Below are positions 19,861-29,420 of a DNA stretch of 64,000 nt, one piece after another. How positions within the stretch are numbered: position 1 is the first letter of the stretch; each line of letters opens with the position of its first letter. The stretch covers positions 1,696,001-1,760,000 of the forward strand of contig CAVZZO010000003.1 of the NCBI GenBank assembly GCA_963779755.1. Reading direction: 5' to 3'. Both the position numbers and the translations under genes were made by a program. The stretch is from an uncultured Gemmatimonadales bacterium. GTDB lineage: Bacteria; Gemmatimonadota; Gemmatimonadetes; Gemmatimonadales; GWC2-71-9. A model generated the notes under the pieces. It saw only the letters and a list, made by a program, of their open reading frames with translations. It was not told where the DNA came from and made no database searches.

Positions 19861-20292
19861 ATGCCAGCCAGCACTGCATCCGCCACATGGGAAGGCGGAC
19901 TGAAGTCGGGGAAGGGCAAGTTCGAGGCCGGGTCCGGAGCCTTCAGCGGCGCCTATTCCTTTCCCACCAGGTTCGAGGGGGCGAAAGGCACCAACCCGGA
20001 AGAGCTCATCGCCGCCGCCCACGCGAGCTGCCTCAGCATGGCGCTCTCGGCCGGGCTGGAACGGGCCGGAACGGCCCCCACCCGCATCTCGACCACCGCC
20101 ACCTGCACCCTCGAGCCGGCCGAGGGCGGCTTCAGGATCACCCGCATGAAGCTGGCGGTCCGTGGCGTGGTGCCGGGGCTGGACCAGGCCGGCTTCGCCG
20201 AGGCGGCGGAGGGCGCCAAGAACAACTGCCCGGTCTCCAATGCGCTCAAGGGCAACGTGGCCTTCGAGCTGGACGCGAAACTGGAAAGCTGA
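19861..20292 (+). CDS. osmC: OsmC peroxiredoxin
   Basis: TNPEELIAAAHASC and CPVSNAL; GAGGAG RBS. Confidence 0.93.
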   Translation: MPASTASATWEGGLKSGKGKFEAGSGAFSGAYSFPTRFEGAKGTNPEELIAAAHASCLSMALSAGLERAGTAPTRISTTATCTLEPAEGGFRITRMKLAVRGVVPGLDQAGFAEAAEGAKNNCPVSNALKGNVAFELDAKLES

Positions 20293-20347
20293 ACCCCGGG
20301 GCGCGCTACGCGCCCCATTCCGCCGTTCTCCGCCCTCCGGAGGGTTT

Positions 20348-20818
20348 ATGGCGCGCCGCGATCTGTTCACCCGTTTCGCCCGGCGGACTTCGCGTGCCGC
20401 CGGCCACCCGGCCACCTTCGGGGTGGCGGTGGGGATCATCCTGATCTGGGCGGTCACCGGGCCGCTCTTTCGCTATAGTGATTCCTGGCAGCTGGTGATC
20501 AACACCGGCACGACCATCATCACGTTCCTCATGGTGTTCCTGATCCAGAACACCCAGAATCGCGACTCCCAGGCGATGCAGATCAAGCTGGATGAACTGA
20601 TCCGCGCCAGCAAGGGAGCCCATAATGCCATCATCGAGCTGGAGGAGCTGTCGGACAAGCAGCTCGACATGTTCCGGCGGCGCTACCAGGAACTGGCCCG
20701 GCTCGCGCGTGAGGAGCTCCGCCGCGGCAGGAGCGATACCAATCGCCCCCATGTGGCGGCCGAAGACGAACCGGAGTCCGGCCACACCCCCGGGACTCCA
20801 CCCAGAGGAGAATCATGA
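20348..20818 (+). CDS. Low-affinity iron permease family protein
   Basis: WQLVINTGTTIITFLMVFLIQNTQNRD...KLDELIRA; start ATG 20348 after GGAGG. Confidence 0.9.
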   Translation: MARRDLFTRFARRTSRAAGHPATFGVAVGIILIWAVTGPLFRYSDSWQLVINTGTTIITFLMVFLIQNTQNRDSQAMQIKLDELIRASKGAHNAIIELEELSDKQLDMFRRRYQELARLAREELRRGRSDTNRPHVAAEDEPESGHTPGTPPRGES

Positions 20819-21870
20819 CGCAGGAGCTACTGTCGCTGATGCAGCACTGGGACGGCCAGGGCGTGGTCATCAGGTACGACCGGCCGACCGGCACCTGGGT
20901 GTTCATCGCCATGCACAGCTCCCGGCTGGGCATGCCGATCGGCGGTTGCCGCATGAAGGTCTATCCCACGCCGGCCGACGGGCTGCGCGATGCGCTGCGG
21001 CTGGCCCGCGGCATGACCTACAAGCTGGCGGCCGTCGATTTCGAGTTCGGGGGCGGCAAGTCGGTGCTGGCGGTCCCCCGCCTGCTGGAAGGCGCTGAAC
21101 GCGAGGGCCTGCTGCGCCGCTTCGGCCGTCTGCTCGACTCGCTCCACGGCGCCTATGCCACCGGCATCGACCTGGGCACCACCCCGGCGGACATGAAAAT
21201 CCTGGCCCAGGAGACGCGCTGGGTCTTCGTGGGCGACCCGGACACCGGCCACTCCGATCCCGGGCCCTACACCGCCCTCGGCGTATTCCGCTGCATGGAG
21301 GTGGTGGCCGAACGCCTCCGGGACGGCGGCCTGAAGGGGCGCACGGTAGTCCTGCAGGGTGTAGGCGACGTCGGGGCCCGGCTGGCGGAAATGGTGGCAG
21401 ACGCCGGCGCCCGGCTGCGCCTGGCCGACATCGATCGCGACCGCGTGGCCGCGCTGGCCGACCGCCTGGGCGCCGACGTGATCGCGACCGAGACGGTGAA
21501 CCTGACGCCCTGCGATATTCTCGCCCCCTGCGCGGTGGGGGGAACGCTGAACCGGGAAACCATCCCCCGGCTCCAGTGCAGGGCGGTGGTGGGGTCGGCC
21601 AACAATCAACTGGAAGAAGATGCCGATGCCGAACGGCTGCGGGAACGCGGCATCATTTACGCGCCCGACTACATCGTGAACGCGGGCGGGGCCATCGCCT
21701 ACGCCATGATGCACCAGGGCGAACGCAACCAGGAGGCGATCAACGCCCGCATCCGCCGGATCGGCGATTCCCTGGGCGCCATCCTGGACGAGGCGAAGGA
21801 GCGGGGAGAAACGCCGTTGGCCGCCGCCATGCGAAGGGTGGAGGAGAAGCTGGAGAAGGGCGAGGCGTGA
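20815..21870 (+). CDS. Glu/Leu/Phe/Val dehydrogenase (leucine dehydrogenase-like)
   Basis: GMTYK, GGGKSV, QGVGDVG, GSANNQL, YAPDYIVNAGG. Confidence 0.93.
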   Translation: MTQELLSLMQHWDGQGVVIRYDRPTGTWVFIAMHSSRLGMPIGGCRMKVYPTPADGLRDALRLARGMTYKLAAVDFEFGGGKSVLAVPRLLEGAEREGLLRRFGRLLDSLHGAYATGIDLGTTPADMKILAQETRWVFVGDPDTGHSDPGPYTALGVFRCMEVVAERLRDGGLKGRTVVLQGVGDVGARLAEMVADAGARLRLADIDRDRVAALADRLGADVIATETVNLTPCDILAPCAVGGTLNRETIPRLQCRAVVGSANNQLEEDADAERLRERGIIYAPDYIVNAGGAIAYAMMHQGERNQEAINARIRRIGDSLGAILDEAKERGETPLAAAMRRVEEKLEKGEA

Positions 21871-21885
21871 GGCAGGGATCAGGCG

Positions 21886-21962
21886 AAAGGGGAACGGGGA
21901 AAAGGGAACGGGGAACTGGCTCCGGTTCCTATTCCCTCTTCCCCATTCCCTGTTCCCGTTCC
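21886..21962. repeat. Inverted GGGAA(C/A)N heptamer arms between convergent genes
   Basis: ggggaacggggaaaagggaacggggaac ... attccctcttccccattccctgttccc; the right arm encodes the TesA C-terminus EQGMGKRE*. Confidence 0.8.
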
Positions 21963-22665
21963 ACTATCGGTTCCAGCACCTTCCAGACGTTCTCCGCCAC
22001 GACCTCCTGGCCGCGGGGCGTGGGGTGAATGCCGTCCGCCTGGTTCAGCGAATCCACCCCGCCCACGCCGGCCAGAAGAAACGGTATCAGCGGCAGGTCG
22101 AACTCGCGCGCGACCTCCGGATAGACCCGGTGAAAACGCCGCTGGTAGCGCGGCCCCATGTTGGTAAGCGCCTCCATGCCGACCAGCACCACCAGGGGAG
22201 GCGGGTTGGCCGCGCGGGCCCGGCGCACGATGGCCTCGAGGTTGGCCTTGAGCGAGTCGGGGTCCAGACCCCGGAGCCCGTCATTGGCGCCGGTTTCCAC
22301 CACCAGGACGGCCATGCTGTCGTGGGAGAGGAGCCAGTCGAGCTGCCGCAGCGAACCGGCCGATGTCTGGCCGCTGACGCCGGCGTTCACCACCCGATAG
22401 CCAAGCCCGGCCGAGTCGATCTTCTGCTGGATCAGGGCGGGATAGGCCTGGTCCGGATCCAGCCCGCGGCCGGCGGTGAGACTGGTGCCGAGGAAGACGA
22501 TGGCGGGCCGGGTGTCAGCGGCGGCAGTGGCAGGGGCCGTCGAATCCGGCTCTGGGGCGCGGTCCCGGGATGTCGAGCAATCCGAGACAGGGCCAGCAAC
22601 AGAAGGAACCGCAGATTACGCCGATTACACAGATGCAGAATCAGACGGGGACCTCGCGCGGGCAT
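21929..22665 (-). pseudogene. tesA: TesA-like GDSL arylesterase with an apparent frameshift after the signal peptide (or a sequence error)
   Basis: The catalytic frame (IVFLGTSLTAG, NAGVSG, GAND, DGIHP) extends upstream only to a TAA at 22616-22618 with no start codon; a signal peptide from ATG 22665 lies in another frame. Confidence 0.7.
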
Positions 22666-22783
22666 GGGGCTGCAAAGGGAGCGATTTAGCGACCGCGATA
22701 CGTCCACTGCAGTCCGAATTCAGGTCCGATACCATTCCCACCATCAGAATCACATCTGCGCAATCTGCGCAATCTGCGGTTCC
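22605..22783. repeat. About 180-bp element bounded by about 30-bp inverted repeats of 9-nt period
   Basis: Left GGAACCGCAGATTACGCCGATTACACAGAT; right ATCTGCGCAATCTGCGCAATCTGCGGTTCC. Confidence 0.8.
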
Positions 22784-22883
22784 ACCACCTGGAACTCGCC
22801 CCGGGGTCCAGCGGTGTGGGCCAGCTTGGAGGCCCATCCCAGGATATGTTTCCACTCCGCTCAACTCACGAGATTGGAACACC

Positions 22884-23576
22884 GTGGACCATTCTGCCAC
22901 CTTGGCCTGCGAGTCTCTCACCCAGACCTACCGCTCCGGCAATCGCGAGCTGACCGTGCTGCAAGATATCAGCTTCGAGCTCGAGGCCGGCGGCTTTCTG
23001 GCGATTGCCGGCCCGTCGGGCAGCGGCAAGAGCACACTGCTGGGGCTGCTGGCGGGGCTCGACCGGCCTCACGCCGGCCGGGTGGTGCTGGACGGCACCG
23101 ACCTGGGCCGGCTGGACGAGGACGGCCGGGCCCGCCTGCGGCGGGAGAAGGTCGGCTTCGTCTTCCAGTCCTTCCACCTGATCCCCACCCTCACCGCCCG
23201 GGAGAACGTTCAGGTGCCGCTCGAATTGCGGGGCGAGGAGGCACCGCCGCGCGCGCGCGAGCTGCTGGATCGTATGGGCCTGGCCGACCGCGCCGAGCAC
23301 TACCCGCCGCAGCTTTCCGGCGGCGAGCAGCAGCGCGTGGCCATCGCCCGCGCCTTCGCCAACCGCCCGGCCATTCTCTTCGCCGATGAACCGACCGGCA
23401 ACCTCGATACCGCCACCGGCCAGATGGTGATCGATCTGCTGGCAGGGCTCAACCGCGAGCTGGGTACCACGCTGGTGCTGGTGACCCACGATCAGGACCT
23501 GGCGACACGGGCGGGACGCATCATCCGGCTGGCCGACGGCCGGGTCGTGGACGACACGCGGGGCGGGACCGGATGA
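22884..23576 (+). CDS. ABC ATP-binding protein (YbbA-like)
   Basis: [31 protein letters not shown] start; divergent from tesA. Confidence 0.92.
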   Translation: MDHSATLACESLTQTYRSGNRELTVLQDISFELEAGGFLAIAGPSGSGKSTLLGLLAGLDRPHAGRVVLDGTDLGRLDEDGRARLRREKVGFVFQSFHLIPTLTARENVQVPLELRGEEAPPRARELLDRMGLADRAEHYPPQLSGGEQQRVAIARAFANRPAILFADEPTGNLDTATGQMVIDLLAGLNRELGTTLVLVTHDQDLATRAGRIIRLADGRVVDDTRGGTG

Positions 23577-26134
23577 GCCTGGTCGCCGCCATGGCCTGGC
23601 GTGAGGGACGTGCCGGCCGGCGCCAGCTGTCGCTCCTGACCGCGGCAGTCGCGGTTGGTGTCGCCGCGCTGGTCGCCATTAACTCCTTTACAGTCAACCT
23701 GCGCCGCTCGGTGGAGCGGGAGGCGCGGGCGCTGATGGGCGCGGACCTCGCCGTCATCGGGCGGAACGAGCTCCCGCCGCCGGTGCTGGCGACTCTCGAC
23801 TCCCTGGTCCGCGGGCCGGACGGCCGCCTTGCCCGGGTCACCAGCTTCAGCGGCATGGCCTACGTGCCCCGCACCCAGGGCGCCCGGCTGGTCCAGGTGG
23901 CGGCGGTGGGCGCGGGCTACCCCTTCTACGGCGAAATCCAGACCGCACCGGCGGGGGCCTGGCAGCGGCTCAGCGACTCCACCGGCTGGCCCGTACTGGT
24001 CGATCCATCGCTGCTGACCGCGCTCGACGCGCGGCCCGGCGACACACTGGCCCTGGGGAAGGGCCGGTTCGTCATCGCGGGGACGGTGCTCCGTATCCCG
24101 GGCGACGTGGGCATCCGGTCCGCGTTCGGCCCCCGGATCTTCATCCCCTACAACCGCCTCGACGCCACCGGCCTGCTTGGCTTCGGCGCGCGGGCCGAAT
24201 ATGACGCCTATCTCCAGTTGCCCGCGGGGCGCGATGCCGAGCAGGTCGCCGGGCAACTCAAGCCCAGGCTGGCGCCGGAGCGGCTGCGGGTGCGCACCGT
24301 GGCCGAGGACGAGCGCAACCTGACCGAGTCGCTGACCACGCTGTCGCGGTACCTCGGGCTGGTGGCCCTGATCGCCCTGCTGCTGGGGGGTCTGGGAGTG
24401 GCGAGCGCCATCCACGTCTTTGTCCGCCGCAAGCGCGAGACGATTGCCATCCTGCGCTGCCTCGGCGCCTCCGCCCCCCAGGTGTTCGCCATCTATCTGG
24501 TACAGGCGCTGGTCATGAGCGGGATCGGCAGCATGCTCGGCGCCGCGCTGGGTGTGCTGCTGCAGCTGCTGTTGCCCGGGCTGCTGGCCGACTTCCTGCC
24601 GGTCGACGTCGGGTTCGGCGTCGCCTGGGGCGCCGTGGCCACCGGAATCGGGATGGGACTCTGGGTGGCGGCGGTCTTTTCCCTGGCGCCGCTGCTGGCG
24701 GTGCGGCGGATCTCGCCGCTGTTCGTGCTACGGCGTCCCTGGGAAGACACCGGGCGGAGCCCGGGCCGCGACGGCTGGCGCTGGGTCGCCTGGCTGCTCC
24801 TCGCCGCCAGCGTGATGGGGCTCGCCATCCTGCAGGCGGGGGCGCTCGCGCCGGGGGCCGCCTTTGCCGCCGGTATCGGCGTCGCCCTCGGGGTACTGGC
24901 GCTGGCGGGTTATCTGCTTACCCGGGCCCTGCGCCGCTGGTTTCCCTCCCGCTGGCCCTATCTCTGGCGCCAGGGTCTGGCCAATCTCTACCGGCCCGCC
25001 AACCAGACGCTGATGGTTGTCCTGGCGCTCGGCTTCGGCGCTTTCCTGCTGGGCACCCTGGTGCTGGTGCAGGCGAATCTCCTGCGCGAGCTGCGGTTCG
25101 GCGGAGCCGGCAGCCGGCCCAATCTGGTGCTGTTCGACATTCAGCCCGATCAGCGCGCCGGCGTGGATTCGCTGCTGCGAGACGCCGGCTACCGCCCGCA
25201 ACCTGCCGTTCCCATCGTGCCCATGCGAATCGCCGAGCTGCGGGGCCGGCCGGCGAGCGCGCTCCTGGCCGATACGGTCCGGCACCGGGCGGAGGGGGAG
25301 CGGGTCTCGGGGTGGGCCGTCCGCCGGGAGTACCGTTCGACCTATCGCGATACGACGGTGGCTTCGGAGAAGATCGTTCTGGGCCGCTGGTGGAACGCCA
25401 GCGCGGGGGCACGGAGCCCGGTACCCATTTCCGTGGAATCGGGAGTGGCAGGGGACCTGGGCGTCACGGTGGGCGACACCATCCTCTGGGACGTGCAGGG
25501 TCTCCGGCTCACCACCCGGGTGGCCAACCTGCGCGATGTCGACTGGGCGCGGTTCGAGCCCAATTTCTTTGTGGTCTTCCCCGAGGGCCCGCTCGACGGA
25601 GCGCCGCAGACGCTGGTGACGATGGTGCGGGTTCCGGACGCGGCGTCCCGGGGCGCGCTGCAGCGCGAGGTGGTGGAACGCTATCCCAACGTTTCGGGTA
25701 TCGACCTCACGCAGCTGCAGGATGCGCTGGAGCGGCTGATCGACCGGGTGGTGCTGGTGGTCCGCTTCATGGCATTGTTCAGCCTGGTGACCGGGGCGGT
25801 GGTGCTGATCGGCGCGGTGGCCACCAGCCGGTTCCAGCGGGTCCGGGAGAGTGTCATCCTCAAGACCCTGGGCGCCACCCGGCGCCAGGTGCTGGGCATC
25901 GCCGCGGCGGAGTACCTGAGTCTGGGACTGCTGGCGGTGGCCACCGCGCTCGGCCTGGCCGGAATCGCGGGATGGCTCCTCGTCCGCTATCTCTTCCACG
26001 AAACCTTTCACCTCCCTCTCCCTGCCTTTCTGGCCCTGGGGGGGGCGGTCGTGCTGCTTACCGTCGCGGTGGGGTTGTGGAACAGCCGTGAGGTGGTGAG
26101 GAAGACGCCGCTGGAGGTGCTGCGGGAAGAGTAG
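23573..26134 (+). CDS. FtsX-like ABC permease (YbbP-like)
   Basis: MAWREGR, ILRCLGA, NLVLFDIQPDQ, PNFFVVF, LKTLGA. Confidence 0.92.
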   Translation: MSLVAAMAWREGRAGRRQLSLLTAAVAVGVAALVAINSFTVNLRRSVEREARALMGADLAVIGRNELPPPVLATLDSLVRGPDGRLARVTSFSGMAYVPRTQGARLVQVAAVGAGYPFYGEIQTAPAGAWQRLSDSTGWPVLVDPSLLTALDARPGDTLALGKGRFVIAGTVLRIPGDVGIRSAFGPRIFIPYNRLDATGLLGFGARAEYDAYLQLPAGRDAEQVAGQLKPRLAPERLRVRTVAEDERNLTESLTTLSRYLGLVALIALLLGGLGVASAIHVFVRRKRETIAILRCLGASAPQVFAIYLVQALVMSGIGSMLGAALGVLLQLLLPGLLADFLPVDVGFGVAWGAVATGIGMGLWVAAVFSLAPLLAVRRISPLFVLRRPWEDTGRSPGRDGWRWVAWLLLAASVMGLAILQAGALAPGAAFAAGIGVALGVLALAGYLLTRALRRWFPSRWPYLWRQGLANLYRPANQTLMVVLALGFGAFLLGTLVLVQANLLRELRFGGAGSRPNLVLFDIQPDQRAGVDSLLRDAGYRPQPAVPIVPMRIAELRGRPASALLADTVRHRAEGERVSGWAVRREYRSTYRDTTVASEKIVLGRWWNASAGARSPVPISVESGVAGDLGVTVGDTILWDVQGLRLTTRVANLRDVDWARFEPNFFVVFPEGPLDGAPQTLVTMVRVPDAASRGALQREVVERYPNVSGIDLTQLQDALERLIDRVVLVVRFMALFSLVTGAVVLIGAVATSRFQRVRESVILKTLGATRRQVLGIAAAEYLSLGLLAVATALGLAGIAGWLLVRYLFHETFHLPLPAFLALGGAVVLLTVAVGLWNSREVVRKTPLEVLREE

Positions 26135-26296
26135 AGAAAAGGGAAAAGGGAAAAGGGAACAGGGAAAAGGACACTGAGGACTGAGGCGCCCAGCCCCTGG
26201 ACGACCTGCGAGCCTCCGGCGCCATCGGATGAGCGTAACCGGACGTCAGCCTTTTCTCTCAGTCCTTCTCGTCCCGGTCCTTTTCTCTTTTTTCCA
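26133..26296. repeat. Composite GGGAAAA/GAGGACT arms with an inverted right arm
   Basis: gggaaaagggaaaagggaacagggaaaaggacactgaggactgagg ... ccttttctctcagtcc...ccttttctc. Confidence 0.8.
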
Positions 26297-26299
26297 TAG

Positions 26300-26308
26300 T
26301 GGTATAGT
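26300..26308 (+). promoter_or_regulatory. Extended -10 element upstream of fabI
   Basis: TG-G-TATAGT about 35 nt before ATG 26342. Confidence 0.55.
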
Positions 26309-26341
26309 ATTCGGTCCTCACCCGCAAGAAGGGTCGGTTCC

Positions 26342-27253
26342 ATGCTCGCCATTGATCTCACGGGGAAGCGCGCGCTCATTGCCGGTGTGTCGGATGACGG
26401 CGGCTTCGGGTTTGCCATTGCCAAGGCGCTCACCGAGGCGGGGGCGCGGGTCAGCGTGGCGAGCTGGCCGCCGGCGCTGGGCATCTTCCTCAAGCTGCTG
26501 GAGCGCGGCAAGATGGCGGAATCGCTCCGGCTCAGCGACGGCGGCCGAATGGAGTTCGAGCACATCTATCCGCTCGACGCGGAGTACGACACGCTGAACG
26601 ACGCCCCGCCGGAGGTCCGCGAGAACAAGCGCTACAAGGATGTGGGCGACTTCAGCATTCAGGGCCTGGTCAATCGCTGGCGCGAGGACGTGGGCGAGGG
26701 AGAGCTGGACATCGTGGTGCATAGCCTGGCGAATGGACCAGAGGTCAAGAAGCCGCTCATCGATACCAGCCGCCGCGGTTATCTCGCCGCGGTCAGCGTC
26801 AGCGCCTACAGTAACGTGGCGCTGGTGCGGGAGCTGAGCCCCCTCATGCGCCCCGGCGGGTCCTTCCTGTCGCTCACCTACATGGCGAGCGAGCGGGTGA
26901 TCCCCGGCTACGGCGGCGGCATGTCCACCGCCAAGGCCGCGCTGGAGTCCGACACCCGGACGCTGGCCTTCGAGGCAGGACGCCGCCACGGCGTGCGGGT
27001 GAACGCCATTTCGGCCGGCCCCTGGGCTTCCCGCGCGGCCAGCGCCATCGGTTTCATCGACACCATGATCAACTACTGCCGGGCGAACTCTCCGCTGCAA
27101 CGGGATCTCGATTCCATGGATGTCGGCGCCACCGCGGCCTTCCTCTGCAGCCCCCTGGCGCAGGCGATCACCGGCACGGTGGTCTACGTGGATAACGGCT
27201 ATCACAGCATGGGGATGGCGGTACAGGACAACGAGAAGAGGACTGAGGACTGA
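26342..27253 (+). CDS. fabI: Enoyl-ACP reductase, plastid/Chlamydia-type
   Basis: GVSDDGGFG, HSLANGPEV, YMASERVIPGYGGGMSTAKAALESD, SRAASAIGFI. Confidence 0.92.
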   Translation: MLAIDLTGKRALIAGVSDDGGFGFAIAKALTEAGARVSVASWPPALGIFLKLLERGKMAESLRLSDGGRMEFEHIYPLDAEYDTLNDAPPEVRENKRYKDVGDFSIQGLVNRWREDVGEGELDIVVHSLANGPEVKKPLIDTSRRGYLAAVSVSAYSNVALVRELSPLMRPGGSFLSLTYMASERVIPGYGGGMSTAKAALESDTRTLAFEAGRRHGVRVNAISAGPWASRAASAIGFIDTMINYCRANSPLQRDLDSMDVGATAAFLCSPLAQAITGTVVYVDNGYHSMGMAVQDNEKRTED

Positions 27254-27340
27254 AGATTGAGTGCAAAGGTGCAAGCGGCGCGAAGGTGGCGGACCCGAAG
27301 CCTGGATAGACGCAGCGTACCGCCGTACCGCCGTACCGCC
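27238..27340 (+). repeat. GAGGACT doublet (FabI stop) followed by GTACCGCC x3
   Basis: gaggactgaggactgaag; gtaccgccgtaccgccgtaccgcc at about 27317-27340. Confidence 0.85.
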
Positions 27341-27358
27341 CCCACCACGGAGCGTGTG

Positions 27359-28165
27359 ATGGCTGAGCTATCAGTCTTCCGCCAGGATCTCCTCAAGGGC
27401 CACGCCGCCCTCATCACCGGCGGCGGCACGGGCATCGGGTTCGGCATCGCCGACTGTCTGGCGCGCGTGGGCTGCGATATTGCCATCGCGAGCCGGAAGC
27501 CGGAGCACCTGGCGCCCGCGGCCGAGCGTCTGCGCGCCCACGGCGGCCGGGTCGCCACGGTGGCGATCAACGTGCGGGAGAAGGAGTCGGTGGAGCGCGG
27601 GGTCGCCGAGGCGGCGGAAGCCCTGGGCCGGCTGGACCTGCTGGTGAACAACGCCGCGGGAAACTTCTACGCCCCCTCCGCCACACTGAGCTCCAACGCC
27701 TGGAAGTCGGTGGTCGAGACCGATCTGTACGGGACGTTCTTCTGCGCCCAGGCCGTCTACCCCCTCATGAAGGGCCAGGGCGGCGGACGTATCGTGTCCA
27801 TCTCCATGACCCTGCACTACCGGGGCTGGCCCCTCATGGCCCACGCCACGGCGGCCAAGGCGGGCGTGGATGCGCTTACCCGGACCCTGGCCCTGGAATG
27901 GGCGCCCGACGGCATCCGGGTGAACGCCATCGCACCCGGCCCCATCCCGACCGAGGGGGTACGCAAGGCCTTCACGCCGGTGCCGGGATCTCCCGACGTC
28001 TTCTCCGAAGAACGGGCGCAGGCCATGATCCCGGCGGGCCGCTGGGGCCGTCCGGATGACATCGGCGAGATGGTCACCTATCTCGCGAGTCCCGCCGGAG
28101 ACTGGATTACCGGCGCGATCTTCGTGGTAGACGGCGGCAGCTGGCTGGCGGGGAGAGAGCGGTGA
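27359..28165 (+). CDS. SDR oxidoreductase, 2,4-dienoyl-CoA reductase-like
   Basis: TGGGTGIG, NNAAGNF, HATAAKAGV, NAIAPGPI. Confidence 0.9.
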   Translation: MAELSVFRQDLLKGHAALITGGGTGIGFGIADCLARVGCDIAIASRKPEHLAPAAERLRAHGGRVATVAINVREKESVERGVAEAAEALGRLDLLVNNAAGNFYAPSATLSSNAWKSVVETDLYGTFFCAQAVYPLMKGQGGGRIVSISMTLHYRGWPLMAHATAAKAGVDALTRTLALEWAPDGIRVNAIAPGPIPTEGVRKAFTPVPGSPDVFSEERAQAMIPAGRWGRPDDIGEMVTYLASPAGDWITGAIFVVDGGSWLAGRER

Positions 28166-28192
28166 AAGAGAAAAAGACTGAGGACTGAGCCC

Positions 28193-28867
28193 ATGTTCAT
28201 CGGCCATTTTGGTGCCGCCTTCGCCCTCAAGCGTGCCGAGCGCCGGCCCTCCCTCGCCGTGCTGGTGTTCGCGGCCACCTTCGTGGACCTGCTCTGGGGC
28301 ATCTTCCTGCTGCTGGGCTGGGAACGGGCCCGGATCCAACCCGGGTATCTCCCCACCAATGCCCTGGTCTTCACCAGCTACCCCTACTCGCACAGCCTGG
28401 TCGCGGGGATCGGCTGGGGTCTGGTGCTGGCGGCGGTCTATTACTCCTGGCCGACGCGCGACACCAGCGGCCACCGCTGGCGGGCTGCGCTAGTGGTGGG
28501 GTTCGCCGTACTGTCGCACTGGTTTCTGGACCTGATCGTCCATGTACCGGACCTGCCCCTTTCGGGCGATGCGTCGCTCAAGGTGGGCCTGGGCCTGTGG
28601 CGCAGCGTGCCCGCCGGCATCGCCGCCGAGCTGGCGGTGTTCCTGGGCGGCCTGGTGGTGTACTTCGCCTTCTCCCGCCGGGGCCGGACCGGGCCTACCT
28701 GGCGCATCCTGACCTATGCCGGCCTGCTGCTGGGCATCTACGCCGTCTCTCTCATGGGAGGCGCGCCACCCGGCATCAGGGCGGTGGCGTGGGTGGATAT
28801 CGTGGGAACGCTGGTTTTTGTGGCACTGGCGGCGTGGGCGGAGCCCAGAAGGAAGAGGAAAGGATAA
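28193..28867 (+). CDS. Membrane metal-dependent hydrolase-like protein
   Basis: MFIGH, DLLW, YSHSL, SHWFLDLIVH; multiple TM segments. Confidence 0.8.
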   Translation: MFIGHFGAAFALKRAERRPSLAVLVFAATFVDLLWGIFLLLGWERARIQPGYLPTNALVFTSYPYSHSLVAGIGWGLVLAAVYYSWPTRDTSGHRWRAALVVGFAVLSHWFLDLIVHVPDLPLSGDASLKVGLGLWRSVPAGIAAELAVFLGGLVVYFAFSRRGRTGPTWRILTYAGLLLGIYAVSLMGGAPPGIRAVAWVDIVGTLVFVALAAWAEPRRKRKG

Positions 28868-28870
28868 AGA

Positions 28871-28931
28871 CTGAGGACTGAGTTCGGGGCATGGTCATTA
28901 TAATTGACCATTCCTCCAGCTCAGTCCTCAG
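28871..28931. repeat. Nested inverted repeat built from GAGGACT arms
   Basis: CTGAGGACTGAG/CTCAGTCCTCAG enclosing ATGGTCA-TTATAAT-TGACCAT. Confidence 0.9.
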
Positions 28932-28956
28932 CCTTTTTCTCTTTTCTCTCGGATAT

Positions 28957-29325
28957 ATGGACCGCACCTTCACCTTCCTGGGAGCCGTATTCGCCTTCCT
29001 CGCCGTCGCCGCCGGGGCGTTCGGCGCGCACGCCCTGCGAGGCCGGCTCTCGCCCGAGAGCCTGGCCATCTTCGAAACCGGCGCCCGCTACCAGATGTAC
29101 CATGCGCTGGCCCTGCTGGGGGTCGCCTGGGTTACGACCCGCTGGGCCGGCTCTCTGGGGCACTGGGCCGGCTGGCTTTTCGTGGCGGGGATCATGCTCT
29201 TCTCGGGGAGTCTCTATATCCTGGCGCTCACCGGGACGCGCTGGTGGGGAGCGGTGACCCCCCTGGGCGGCGTGGCGTTTCTGGTGGGGTGGGTGTGCCT
29301 GGGGGTTGAGGTGTTGAGACGGTAA
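28957..29325 (+). CDS. DUF423 (YgdD-like) membrane protein
   Basis: GAFGAH, YQMYHALAL, FSGSLY, TPLGG. Confidence 0.92.
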   Translation: MDRTFTFLGAVFAFLAVAAGAFGAHALRGRLSPESLAIFETGARYQMYHALALLGVAWVTTRWAGSLGHWAGWLFVAGIMLFSGSLYILALTGTRWWGAVTPLGGVAFLVGWVCLGVEVLRR

Positions 29326-29420
29326 ACGGTGAGCGGTGAGCGGGTCCACGCGATTCGCTCCGGGCTCGGGCCGCTTAGCTTACCGCTTACCGCTTACCGC
29401 TTACCGCTTACCGCTTACCG
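29320..29420. repeat. Inverted CGGT(A/G)AG / CTTACCG heptamer arms between convergent genes
   Basis: cggtaaacggtgagcggtgagcgg ... (cttaccg) x about 6; both TAA stops lie in the arms. Confidence 0.9.

Noticed and set aside
22476..22883. N-terminal extension of the YbbA-like ATPase
   Set aside because: Overlaps tesA and the inverted-repeat element; the ABC domain starts at GTG 22884.
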